Shown here one piece after another: positions 51,463 to 64,000 of a stretch of DNA of 64,000 nucleotides (the first letter of the stretch is position 1; every line of letters starts with the position of its first letter). Under the pieces are notes generated by a model. It did not search any database. It had not been told where the DNA came from and saw only the letters and a program-made list of their open reading frames with translations. The position numbers and the translations under genes are program-made. Origin of the DNA: Eledone cirrhosa (lineage: Eukaryota); NCBI GenBank assembly GCA_964016885.1, contig OZ024741.1, positions 377,890,001 to 377,954,000 of the forward strand, in the 5' to 3' direction.

Positions 51463-52574
51463 ACCTGTATATATGTATTTATTCATAGCATTGTTAAACA
51501 TAAACACATCATATTTATTTGATTGATATTAAATGATATGGTAACATTAGAAAGTTCAATGCGGACATTATTTCGAATATAATTATTCATGAACTGTTTT
51601 TTTCCAGCTTCGGGGGTGTGGGGGGGGGGGGGGGGCGTGATGCAAGATTCCACTTTGTGTAATTAGGTGTGGCGCGGATGAATTATGATGTTTATGGAAA
51701 CGTATTTATTTACAAATAGTATTTATTGAGAAATAGAATTACTTTTGAAAGTACAGTGTGGGTCAAATGAGATCGTTCTGGAGAGATCTACTACTGGGTG
51801 ATGTTGATGGTGGCGAACATTTATTTAATGGTGAGTGGTTGATAGTGATGATGTGGAGATAGGAATAGTGCATATGAAAATCCATTTCAATTCGTCTTCA
51901 CCTCACCTAGAATTAAATAATAGTGATCACTATTTCTTTTTAGCGATCTCAACAATTTTCTATGCGATTGGGAATATAGTTTTATAAAGGTTGCTTGCAA
52001 CTTCTGATTTTTGACCGCACATGTAATGTCAAGTCATCATCATTTTTAGTCCACGTATCAGAAGAAGCCTGTGGGGTTTTTCATTGTATCGGCGTCGTAA
52101 AGTTGCCCTCACACGCCGTATACCGCAAGCCGGTTGGCTTGCTTCAAAAATGTCCGTTCACACTTGTGATGTACTGCCGACTCTCGCACTTGGTCGTGAA
52201 TTTATGGTCGATTTGTTTTTGTTGCATTTCTTTTCCACCGTTGATCGTATATTTTCATGCGTTATATTTGTAAGGTTCCTATCACTCGTTAAATTTATTT
52301 ATTCACAGTTGTATAAATAACATTAAACATTTTTTCACGATTCAGTCAGAATGAAAATATACACACAAATATAAACACCAATAAAGAAATAATTATATAA
52401 ATACAAATATAAATACAAATATAAATACAAATAAAGAATTAATTATATGTATATATATTCTGGGGTGCTTGTATTGTAATTCTGAAAGAATTGTGAGAAA
52501 TGTGTAACGTTATTTATCATAATCGAAAAGAAGTTTTTTAATATGGCTAAGAATGGAGTCCTGTAAATCTTGAA

Positions 52575-52608
<34 letters not shown>

Positions 52609-54335
52609 GTGTGTCTGTGTGTGTGTATGTGTGTGTGTGTGTGCATATATATATATGTTTACCAGTATTAGAATTACCCAGTTTTTTCTAGTTACTCAAC
52701 GTCATATTGTCAGATAGATAATGTGTTATTGAATTGGTAAATTCTTACAATTACATCTGTCTGGCGTTAGAAATGACTTCAGTTTTCGGTTTGTTTGTTT
52801 TTTATGTTTTGAACGAATTAACCCTCCAGTCGGATAGAAAAGATATTATGTAAGATGTAAGAAGTTATATTGTTCACGAATAATCTGTGAAGAAGACACT
52901 TTTTATTGATGGCAGTACATGTTAAGAACTATATGCGACTAAATTTAAAACTCCTAACTACCAGATATGATAGCAAATACGACCGCCTCCCCACCAAAAT
53001 GGCTCGAAAATTAATATGGATTTATATGCAACGTTTAGGTATTTGGTAGGCTAACGATTCCTGGTATGACGGCCGACTTGGCTCATGTTGATTAGTTTAT
53101 AATTATTGAGCGATGTGTTGTTTCTAAGAAACCGGTAGGAATATATTTGACTTATCTCCAGGCTGGCTCTCAACAGGCTGTGGTACTGGTTACTTCGCTT
53201 TTTAAAGGATAATGTAATTGATTTTTAAGACTGCATAGGGAAGTCATTGTCAGCAAGCCAGATTGAAAGATAGGAAGTCGTCAGTTATTTTCATCCTTTT
53301 TGCTGCTAACTCATTGGATTTAGTTGAACAGGTTACTGCCTCATGCTGTAATGAAGCTGTCAATAATTTTTCCTTCATACAGAAGTTATACACACTATTT
53401 TTCCCCATCAACTTGCAGATGGAAGAATCTAATGAAGTCCTTGTACGATATGACAAGAGCACAAATTGAGAAGTATACGTCAAGCACACTTTAATCAGCA
53501 AGATCTGAAGCGTTCTAAGATGGGTGTAACTAGATTTAAAATATATTCTAAAATATTGAAAGTGACTTGGGAAAATAAAGAAATGGAGAACAGGCATTGG
53601 CAGACAAAGTGGATTGAGTAGAAAATTAATTTGTGTACAATTCAGCAGCACAAAGAAAGATTTTCAGCGATTTAAAATTGACCAGAGTTATTCATCTAAT
53701 TGATTTTGTAGAAACGATTCTTAAATCGATTCGTGTTACAACTGAAAGCCAGGAACGTCAACTACAAAACAAAAACAGGTAGGCCAACATTAACAATTTA
53801 AATCCAGCATGAATCTCAGAGGAAATTGTTCGTTCACCAGCAAACAAACTTTAATACATTAATAACATTTTAGATTAGGTTTGCCTTATAAAGATGCAGG
53901 TAGCCTATGAATTAATGTACGCATATATCTTTATTTGCATACTACATTTACTTATTTTCATTTATATGTTACTGGTCAGTTTTGTTTTATTTCACAGTTG
54001 TATGTATGTAGAACGTGTCAAATGCAATTACATACAATGAAAAGGGGTGATATGTAATTTTGTGGGTTTGCTGTGTATTATAATTTCGGTTAGTGCGGGT
54101 TGTACCAGGGCACGAGTGTCCTCAAACATGAACTAAATCCGGCCCTATTGTAATTACTCATATATTTTGACTTTATTCTACACATAAAAGTTATATTTTG
54201 AGTTAGATGAGGTGTTATTAAATTTCTAATTCAATTGGAAATGAAATGAGACTTTCCTGTTTATGTTTTCAACGAATCTGACCCTCATTTGCAAAGTAAC
54301 GATAAAGTTGGAGTAAGTTCGTGTACAATATACCC

Positions 54336-54422
<87 letters not shown>

Positions 54423-54424
54423 AC

Positions 54425-56130
54425 AGAAACTCGATTTCGAGAAATGCCATCGTTTGATACGTAAGCATGATCAGCACGGACGTGGCGTTTTAGTTCTGTT
54501 AGGGATTTGCACGCTCTTGCACAGATGTTACAACAACTGGGTCCTCTTGCAGTAAGTGTTAAGATCCTGTTTTTTTTTACACTTTCAAATGACGTTTTAG
54601 TCCACCAGCTGCGGCAATTTCCCACAGTCTCCATAAACAGAAATGCAATACAGTTGACAGCGTGCCCGTGTATGCGGCTTCCCCAACGACTTCCAACGCA
54701 CGACCCACTTACACATAACATGCTACAGCTTAATTCAACCTGCATGCCAAGATACTTAGCGAAACCAAGCACACTGCTCAACATGGTTTTTTCCGAATTA
54801 TCATCTCCTCCAGGAAAATCGATCTAGAGAGAGCTCCTCCCGGTCATTCTCCGACGTTTTCAACCGGGTGATTTGAATGCAATACCTGTACCTCAAATTT
54901 GGTTTGTGCGAATAGTTGTTTACCTTCGACCAGCTCATCATACAGGAACTGACTTGGGATGCGAGCATAATCCATTCTCACTGCCTGACCACACTAATTG
55001 TATCGATGTTGAAATATGAAAAACTCTATATTTGTTGACTGCCTGTGTTCAAGGATTTCATCGTCACTCACGAACATTTTCTAGTACACGCGGAAGGCTC
55101 TATTCGTGAAGGTGTTCCAACCTTTTGTAATGCCTTCGGTAAGTGACCCAAGTCTGAGATTCATACAGCAAAGATGAATAAACACAAGTATTATACACTT
55201 TTAACTTTGTTTCAATGAAAATACCATGCTGTGACCATAGATGTCCATCCAGATTTCCGAATGCACATTTAGCTTTCTTAATTCGGAGAAAGATTTCTTC
55301 ACCCAGAGTATTGATCAAACTTTCATGTTTGCATAGATATAGACATTTGTCCCCGACATTCAATCCCTAGCCATAGACATATATATTTGGCGTAGAGTAA
55401 GCTTTGCCTGGTGTAAGTTGTTACCGGAGCACTGTCTTTTTCAGACTGATTGTAAGGCCCAATATATGACATGTGATGTTTTTTGTTACTCTCGGGAAAA
55501 GCGACATGATATCAGTAGATAACATTCAGGGGGCGTATCAGCGATGGAAATGTCTTCGTTCTAGCAGGAAACATTTAACATTGAGCATCTTACATGTTGT
55601 TCGATATCGAATGTAGACTCCATGTGATAAATCCTCAAATGCCACTAAGAAAACCAAAGCAAAGTTCAATGCAAACAATGTCGGTGCAGGAATGTCTCCT
55701 TGGTTAACGTTTCAATCCCAATGGGATCAGAGAGCACGCCACCCACATTCACACTTCCTTTCATTCCATCATGGAAACCTCTCAACACAGAAGCACATTT
55801 ATGAAGACACCCGAGTATCCTGAGAATCTTTCAATGGGCAATTCTATTCATTGTATCAAAAGCCTTTGCCAGATCTTTAACCATCTTCTGCTCAATGGAT
55901 TTCTCTTGGATCTGTCTCACCGTAAATATCATGTCCGTTGTCCCCCAACCATATCGGATGTCACACTGAGATTCAGGAAGGATTTCATCTTTGATGCTTT
56001 CAATAAGCCTGTCCAGTATTATCCTACATAAGGCCTTGCCCACAACAGACTGAATGGATATCCCCCGGCAATTGCTACCGTCATACATTCCACCTGTGCC
56101 TTTATAGAAAACCAGTATTAGTGCATCTGT
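54425..56130 (-). mobile_element. decayed RTE-clade (BovB-like) LINE
   Basis: RGISIQSVVGK..LPESQC..TTDMIFTVRQIQEK..DLAKAFDT; KAKCAFGNL..TKLKVY..LLYESQTW; C-terminal CNICARACKSLTELKRH. Confidence 0.85.
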
Positions 56131-56673
56131 CTAGTCAAACAATTTGGATTACCGTCAAAGCAGTGGCAGTCGACGGAGTGATACATGCACTCCACCATAG
56201 GATTCTCGTTTAATGGTACTGGCGTCTGCAGGAGACTGGACTAGTTGTAAAATAAAATATTTAGGCAGAATTGAACTTTGTGACCATGGCATCGGACCGG
56301 TTGGGGTAAGGAAGGTTTGCTATGTAAGATACGCTGTCTATGCTGGCATAGATTTGGGTGGCAGTTGCATGGTTACTTAATCCTACCTCTCTACGCCTGC
56401 ACAAAGGGGTCGAGGGGACCTAAAATTCAGAAGGCAACGGATATCGACTATTAAAACATGATTTCTGCTCGTTCCCATGTATTTTATTTAGTTTAGATTG
56501 CCTTGGAAACGTAAACTAATTACATGACGAGGCTGTCTGATGAGATACGTGACTGGTTACATGGTTGAACAGTCACTTTGCCACTTTTTTTCATTGAAAC
56601 ATGTGTCACAGCTTCGTTAATAAAGGACTCATTATGATCTACTGCGAACGTTGCATTTTCCCAATGCCATATG

Positions 56674-56740
<67 letters not shown>

Positions 56741-56790
56741 TATGTATATATATATATATATCTGTAATATATATATATATGAAACTGTAT

Positions 56791-57477
56791 GACCCCGACG
56801 GCAGAGCTCAAGACGTTTCGACGGCTATTTCCGGACTAAATTAGAATGTTTAACCTGGTAAATAAATAGCCGAACTTTTCAAGTGGAACTTCTTTATATG
56901 GGAAGATTGTAGTTGTCAAGAGGATTGGTAAAAACATGCTTGTAAACACAATTAAGTCTATCGTGGCAGTGGGTGGGGGATGAGGGTGGCTGAACTTGGC
57001 TGTAGAGCAAAGAGGGAGTTGGTGGAGGCGGTCAAGCCTTGAAAGTGAAATCTATACAGCAAATTCTAAGGATTGTGTATGAAAGTAGACCAGAGGAAGT
57101 AGGCGAAAAAGGGTTCTGGAGAAAATAGTGGAGGGATGTTATAGAATTGGTGAAACAATTGAGATTTGGAGACAATAAAAAAATAAGAGGCAGATATATA
57201 AAAATATAAAATTGGATAGTAAGAAGTGATGAGAGACAATGACTGTGGAGTCTAAAACAGCTGCTATATTTAGCTGGTGTTGCTTTTTCGGCCAATGCTA
57301 TAGAATAGGTTAATAAGTTGAGAATAGAAGATACTAAATAAGAATTTTTGAAATTATAGAATTGGGTAGCAAAATGTAATACAAAATCTCTCGAGTCTAA
57401 CACCCACTCTACTACCCTTAGTATTGAGTACTCTGATGTGTAATGGCCCATCTGGTTCCCTAACACAATTCCTTCGT

Positions 57478-57478
<1 letters not shown>
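56791..57478. mobile_element. Penelope-like non-coding remnant related to 30103-30309
   Basis: Shared termini, (TA)n on both flanks, degenerate hammerhead on the - strand at 56815-56884. Confidence 0.55.
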
Positions 57479-57507
<29 letters not shown>

Positions 57508-57508
<1 letters not shown>

Positions 57509-58282
57509 CGTTTCTGAATTTGTTCAGCAAGATTCTTTATCTGAAAACGTGTGTTGATACCGATATTGTTATACTTTGAGAGGACCATGTTGCCAATAAG
57601 AAACACACGTACCAGCTGCTTTCACTTCAACTTATTATAAACTTCCGGTTGGTTGGTTCCTCGACCGGATGGTTGTTCATATATTGTCAAATTTCCTTCG
57701 TGACTCATTCTGTGACCTCTTTAGTGACTGGGGATTCTTTTCTTTGTTTTGTACTTCTCATTTGTTCTGTCCTACGTCATCTTGTTTTTGTGTGTGTTGT
57801 GTGCTTAGTTTGCGCATGTGTTACATCCAGGTGTCTGGGTGTGTTTTTATTTGTTTATTTATTTATTTATTTATTTATTTATGTTACTAGTTAGTTGTTT
57901 GTTCTATGTGTGTGTGTTTTCATTTTGTCCTTAATTGTAAGATGTGATGTTGCTATTCCATTCATGTTTCTATTTGATTTTGGTTGGAGTTCATTTATGT
58001 TTATTGCCTCTGTGATTTGTCTAAACATTGCGTCTTTTCTGTTTGTAGATTCTATTTTTATTTCTATGTTCTCTAATTTGCCCTTATGTTCTATTTTAGC
58101 ATGTTGGTGGAGTATTTATGATTCTTTTTTATCTTGAAGTTCTCGCCAGTGTCCATTTAACCGTTCTCCTATACTACGAGCTGTCTCACCTATGTACACT
58201 ATATTATTATCTTTACATTGTCCTTCAGTACATCTTATGCTATATATACTACATTTCTAGTTTTACAGTTAATATGGGGCCT
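57508..58282 (-). mobile_element. 3' part of a Penelope-like element with a GIY-YIG endonuclease pseudogene (~57950-58282)
   Basis: Minus-strand translation HINCKTRNVVY/IRCTEGQCKDNNIVYIGETARSIGERLNGH..ILHQHAKIEH..FRQITEAININELQP; one frameshift and one stop. Confidence 0.82.
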
Positions 58283-60485
58283 TAGTTTACAGATTATGCA
58301 TTTCTTAGTTTACAGAAATGCATAATATAAATTCATAGAAGTTAAATAAGTAAATATAACATATATAGAAATAGAATGAAGAAAAGGAAAACATGACATG
58401 ATGTTACATTGGACAAACCAAACATTATTAATGCCTTAGCAGTTAATTGAACCACTATATAAACGATTTGACATGGAGGTTCATAAATTATCTAAAGTGA
58501 TGTTTGTATGAAAAGAGTAAATTGTACTTTCATAACATTAACAAACTTCTAATAAACTAGTTGTTTTCGGTAATTAAAATGTATTTCAACATCGGTGTAT
58601 GTTATATAACTTTATCAAGTGTTCTTGCCAAAACTTTAAAATAGTTTATTTTCTTATATGTTTAATATTAATGAATATCTGACTTTGGAATCTGAAACAC
58701 TTTTCTGTGAGTAAAATAATAATAGAACGAAGAAGCCTGTTATACATTATTATATGCGAATAAGTTTCGGATTCTCAAGGGACAACACACATAGATTACA
58801 TACATACATTGATGTAATTCATATCAATTAACACTGCCAGCACACAGACACCTTCTTAAGATTGAGTATTATTGCTTGTATGTAGGTGAAATAGTATTTT
58901 AACGGTATTGTGATATAAAATTGTGAGAAAGTGTGCGTAAGCATATAAAACCTATCGTATGATTGTGACTGTATTTGCACACACATTGACATGAATGATA
59001 TATAACATAGCACGATATATAGAGAGAGATATGGGTGGGTGTTTCTATGTGTGAATCCTCTTCATACGCCTGATGCATTTCTAAGAGAATATTAAGGTGG
59101 GAGGAAAATAGCTCTCAAACTCAATGACTTAATGAATGATTAAATTAATAAGATTCCATAAAATGCTTGATCTGTTTCCATTCAATGCCAGTAAAACTGA
59201 ATGGCAATATTACAATAGAACAAATACGTAAACTGAATGCGAGTCACTGGCCTGTGAATAACATGAATGATTCATTCGAAAGGCTAATGAGTAGAAGTCA
59301 CTAAATAACTGATGCTTGATCTAGCAAATGAATTCTTTCTTAGAACTACGTTGTCTGAGTCATGACTAATTTTGATATATAAAACGTATATCTTCTCATT
59401 ATGTAAAGTAATTTTGTTGTTACATAGTGAAATTATTGTGTAAGTGGAAATAAGAAAAATAGAGTGAGATATCATGCGAGAATAAGACAGAGAGCCTGAT
59501 CAGCCTTTTCAAACAAAATATTGCTATATATTTGATGTATTGGAACTTGAATGCAAAGTTACATACGCCAATAATTTCATATTATCATATAAACACCCCT
59601 AAGTTATATCTTCCCCATTTATCTTTCTCTTTCTGCATTTGCAGCGTGTTATTCTGAAACTTCCTAGTCTACTTCCCTTTCAAATGTCAAGTATCCGCAT
59701 TTAGAGGTAAAGGAGTTCATTTCTTCTCTCTATAATCTAGGCGACAAAGACCGTGCATTCTTCTACTTACAATTCGAAAGTAACTACTTTTGTTGACATT
59801 GCTTTTCGTTGCAGCATGAATCTGTTCGTTATAGATAATTTCGGTAAGTACTTGGTTTTCTTGACACTATAATGGTTTTTTCCTATTCTGTATATTAATT
59901 TCCTGTGTCTATTCGCTACCCCCTGGAAATTTAAAAGCTTATAGTTCAACTGTAGCTACAGTCACAGTATGCATCGCATCCGGATTGTTACGTAACCTAT
60001 CTTAATTTTGCGTTAACATCCACTGATTTATTCAAGTATTTCTTAATATCTTATTCCTTTACATTTTTCAAATGTTCTAAGTCTTTGTAGCCTATAACCA
60101 CAGGATTCCTATAGACAAGCTGCTCGGCATGAACTGCATCTGTAACAGACCAGCATAATTTGCAATCTTGACCAGCTGATGAAAGTAAACATTGCTGAAT
60201 TCTAGGTCAGCAATCCACTGGGATTTCACCAAACACAATTTAGCATGATAAAATCGACGATAACATTTATATTCTAACAAAGTATGTGAAAGCCTAAGAT
60301 AACGAATTGGGTATTTAACAGTTCAACACCATTTGGACGTGAGTCTACATGTGAGAACACATATCCGAGTAGCCTCCGATTCCATGAACAAACATTATCT
60401 GTTCGTTCTTCCAGCTGATCGACAGTGAAACATATGAAATATGTAATTAAATATGTATATGATGAAATAGTGATTCTTTGTTCCC

Positions 60486-60487
<2 letters not shown>

Positions 60488-60525
<38 letters not shown>
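60488..60525 (+). repeat. (TTA)n tract upstream of Tx1 copy 4
   Basis: Read directly; no element 3' end precedes it. Confidence 0.95.
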
Positions 60526-63500
60526 GGCGACCTACGTAGTAAATCGTATCATCGTGAGCTCCGCAAAGGTTTGTTATTTTCAGTTATTTAAAATTGCCAT
60601 TTATGGAAAATTTTTATTGTTAACTATATATAAGTGCACATACATTGATTTCTGAAAAGGACACACACAAATATTGGGGCCTTGAGCCCCAAATTTAAAC
60701 TTTTTTATAATTATCAAACAAAAAATGTTTTTCTTTGAAAAATAATGGATGACTCAGATTCACTCCTTCCTCACAATCCAACATCTCACACCGACACCAC
60801 CATTATAAATATTGCTACGTTTGCCAACACTGGAATTGTAAGCAGTAGCAATATTTTAAATTTGTCTCAGACAGACGTTCATTTCCCACCATTACCAATG
60901 ATTGCAGGTGTTAAAGTAGCCACCACAACCACCACCGCGACAACCACCACCCCCACCACCAACACAGAGACAACAGAAACAAAAGAAAAAATAAATTAAC
61001 TCGTGATATCGAAATCAATTCAACCAAAATGAACTCTTCCACACCGAACACGACTGACGCCACACTACCACAACTGAAGCTAAAATTAGCAATAGCAAAA
61101 ATAACGATAATAACAACAGCAACAATGAAATTAAGAAAACTACCCTGAGTTTTGCCAGAGTAGCAAAAACGTGCGAAGCGATCCAGGTAACTCAGGAAGA
61201 ATTAGACGAAGCCAAAGGAATGGTAAAGAAAGATGGGTACAGGGGCAGCCCCCCCCCCACACACACCTAATAAAATGGGCAACGTCGCCTATGCACCGTG
61301 TCTTATCGGAGAATAAACATAAAATCGCGCCGATTGGAACGGGCATCCGAGTCCCAAATCCAAAAAGCTTTGGGATATGTGCGGGCAAACAAAACCCCAC
61401 ATCAGAGGTGGTCAGAAGTATGGAACCGTGGACGTTTTCTTTGAAACACCACAGGAGGCCAGAGAACACTCCATGGCCCCATTAAGAAGTGACGACTTCA
61501 CACTTATCCCAATCTATTGTGGCCAGAGACGTGTGAAGATCAGGGTGACCCAAGTTCCACCGGCCATCGAAATTCCCTGGCTAATGGCTGCCGACCTCGC
61601 TCGCCGGCATCGAGGCCAACACCAAAATAATAGAAATAACAAAAGAAAAGCAGAAGAACTGGTCCGGATCTGGGATGGAACTCCTGATCAAAGCGGCCCA
61701 TAAAAGCATTGAGGGGATCCCAGAGGTAATAGACCTCACAATCGGCAGCCACCTAGCCGTAATCATCGAGGGCAGAAGACCTAGGTGTGTCGTTTGTGGT
61801 GAAGGAACACAGATAAGGGGTTTCTGCCCTCAGGCTAAAAGGTTGAGGCCACCTCTCTTACCCACCCCAATGACTCAACAATCAACACCACCAGCAGCAG
61901 AAATAGCAGCAACAACTGTAGCAGCAACAAGAGAAGCAGCTGTAACAGCAACAACCCCAGCAACAGTAGCAAAGCCAACTCCACCACCACCCAACGCCCC
62001 AAAACAAGCACCAGCGCCTACACCATCCACAACGCCACAACCAAAACCAACGCCAGTGGAGGATTTTCCACTCACCGGCTTATCGCAACTGGAGACAAAT
62101 TTTGACGACGAGGAGTCAGAAAAAAAGAAAAAGAAAGATACCAAAAAAGAAAAAATTCTCTTCCTTCCCCCTCAAAAAACAAAATACAGAGGGAAATAAA
62201 TAAATTATCGAGCAAGAAAGTTAAGACGGATATGCCACCATCCACACCAGCATCACCAACCCCATCACCACAAACCGCAACACCATCACCATCATTAACC
62301 CCAACACCACCATCACCAACACCGCAAAAGTCACCAAAAAGCGTAACAGAAACAAACCCACAAAAAACGCAAACAAAACAAAACAACCAAAACGATACAC
62401 ACTACACTGCATTAACTTTGAACTACAACCAATTATTAAACTACATGCAACACAACACCAGCATCACAGAAAAAGACTACACAACAACCCAAATACAAAT
62501 CACTCGCATCACACAGAAAACGTACAGGACACTAAAACAAAATGCCCCAAATACATCGGAGACTTCCGACAAACACTCTCCAGTAGGATTTAGCAGTGAA
62601 AAGGATGGACAAACCATCCTTCCTCTACGAGAAGTAAGGTAAGTGGTCTTTCCCATCTTTTCCACTCCATTTCAACACAACCTCACTCAGAATAGGCAGC
62701 ATAAATACGCGTGGCTTGGGGTCGTCATGGAAGCAGGGTCACCTGCTCAACGACCTCAGGTCACTAAACATAGATGTAGTGGCGATCAGTGAGCCAGAAT
62801 CTCCGAAGCACGGGTCTTCGCACCGACCTTCGGCGGCTACGATGTGTACGCATCTGCCAGCCGTCCGGGATCGGGGGGAGGAGTTGCTGTGCTCTTTCGG
62901 AAAGGTTTGGAACTCGCCATACGGGCCATCTTCCTGGACCCAGAAGGTAAGTTGGTGGTGCTAGAAGTGCCAGCGGAGACGGGCAAGCTTTCAGACTAGT
63001 GGCCGTCTATGACCCGAGAGGAGCAGGGCAGCCTGATTTCTTCCGGCGTCTGGAGACCTTTCTTGGAACGTCCCGCTCTTTAGTGTTAGTGGGCGACTGG
63101 AACGGGATCTTAGATGCACGCTGGAACTGTGTGGGATTAGCGGATAGGGGCGGAGGGTGCAAGAGCCTCACCAACCTGCTCAGGCGTTTTGAACTGTCTG
63201 ACAGGTACCGATTTGATTTCCCGAATGTGCCAATGTGGATAGGACATATTGCATAGGGTCATCCAGATCATATCTAGATAAAGTATTTTGTAGAGAAATA
63301 GGTGTCTAGCATAGGCTGTACACAATTCAAGATAGTCAGCTACACGGACCAAAAATTCGTGATCTGTGTACTTGGCTAAGATAGGCTTCATAGACGATGA
63401 TCCGGCTACTGGAAGCTAAACACGTCCTTACCAGCGCGCAAGGCCTACAGAGACCGGATTAGCGAACTAGTTAAGATGGCGTAGACGGGATCCATCGTCA

Positions 63501-64000
63501 ACAACAAGTGGTGGTTTGCTCTGAAAAGAGCAATTAGAATAGAGTCCATTAGGTTTAGTGAGGCTTTAGCAATAGAGAAAAATAGAGCAGAAGGAGAATT
63601 AGTTAGAAATTTTGACGAGGCGCTTAGCAAAGGCATCGCGACCGACGTGCTTGCGGCGAAATTAGCCATTGACCAATTATTCAATGCAAAGCACGAATGC
63701 TGCGTTGTCAGAGCTAGGGTGCGTGCTCTCAGACACGAGGGGACGAAAGCCATTCAATGGGCCAGAGTGGCGGAGGCGCATCGTGGCACCAAAACCAGGA
63801 TCCGGTCTTTGGTGGACCACGACGGGCGCATGCTACTCGATCCCGGGCAAATGTGTGAAGCTTTTCAGCGACACTTCGCTCAATTGTTCGGGGGCAGCGG
63901 CGGGCCGGATCGAGGGTTGGACTTTAGTGTCTACCTCGACGGACTGCCGAGGCTCTCGGCCACTGAGGTGGAGTGTTGCGAAAAGCCGATAACAGCCGCT
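60526..64000 (+). mobile_element. Tx1-like family A copy 4 (runs off the window)
   Basis: Same 5' end GGCGACCTACGTAG; disrupted ORF1 at 60745-62642; ORF2 from ~62677 with ATG mutated to ACA. Confidence 0.92.

Noticed and set aside
51900-53660. Possible coding remnants (also ~36.3-36.8 kb and ~60.0-60.4 kb)
   Set aside because: No recognisable protein motif or exon structure; a blastx search would be needed.

Overview
Eukaryotic (animal) DNA made almost entirely of repeats; no host gene could be supported. The AT-rich, (TA)n/(CA)n-rich background and the SINE family resemble an octopus or other mollusc genome (inference only). Bases 1-17.7 kb hold three near full-length but disabled L1/Tx1-clade non-LTR retrotransposons stacked head-to-tail and joined by (ATT)n tracts; they belong to two families. 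A fourth copy starts at 60526 right after a free-standing (ATT)n tract, and an older 5'-truncated relative lies at 24.5-27.4 kb. The window also holds two R4/Dong-like (RLE) fragments, RTE-clade fragments, about 9 copies of a tRNA-type SINE, a Penelope-like GIY-YIG remnant, and several long inverted repeats and (TA)n-flanked units carrying minimal hammerhead ribozyme motifs. Main leads: (1) an (ATT)n-targeting Tx1 family with an apparent partner SINE, supported by a shared CTTGT-loop 3' hairpin and by in-window empty/filled sites whose TSDs start with ATTAT; (2) a covarying hairpin plus a perfect splice donor at the ORF1/ORF2 junction, where a 52-nt intron would fuse the two ORFs in frame; (3) tandem and inverted hammerhead-bearing non-coding units (pLTR/retrozyme-like). 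All alignments and folds were done by eye, so boundaries are approximate.
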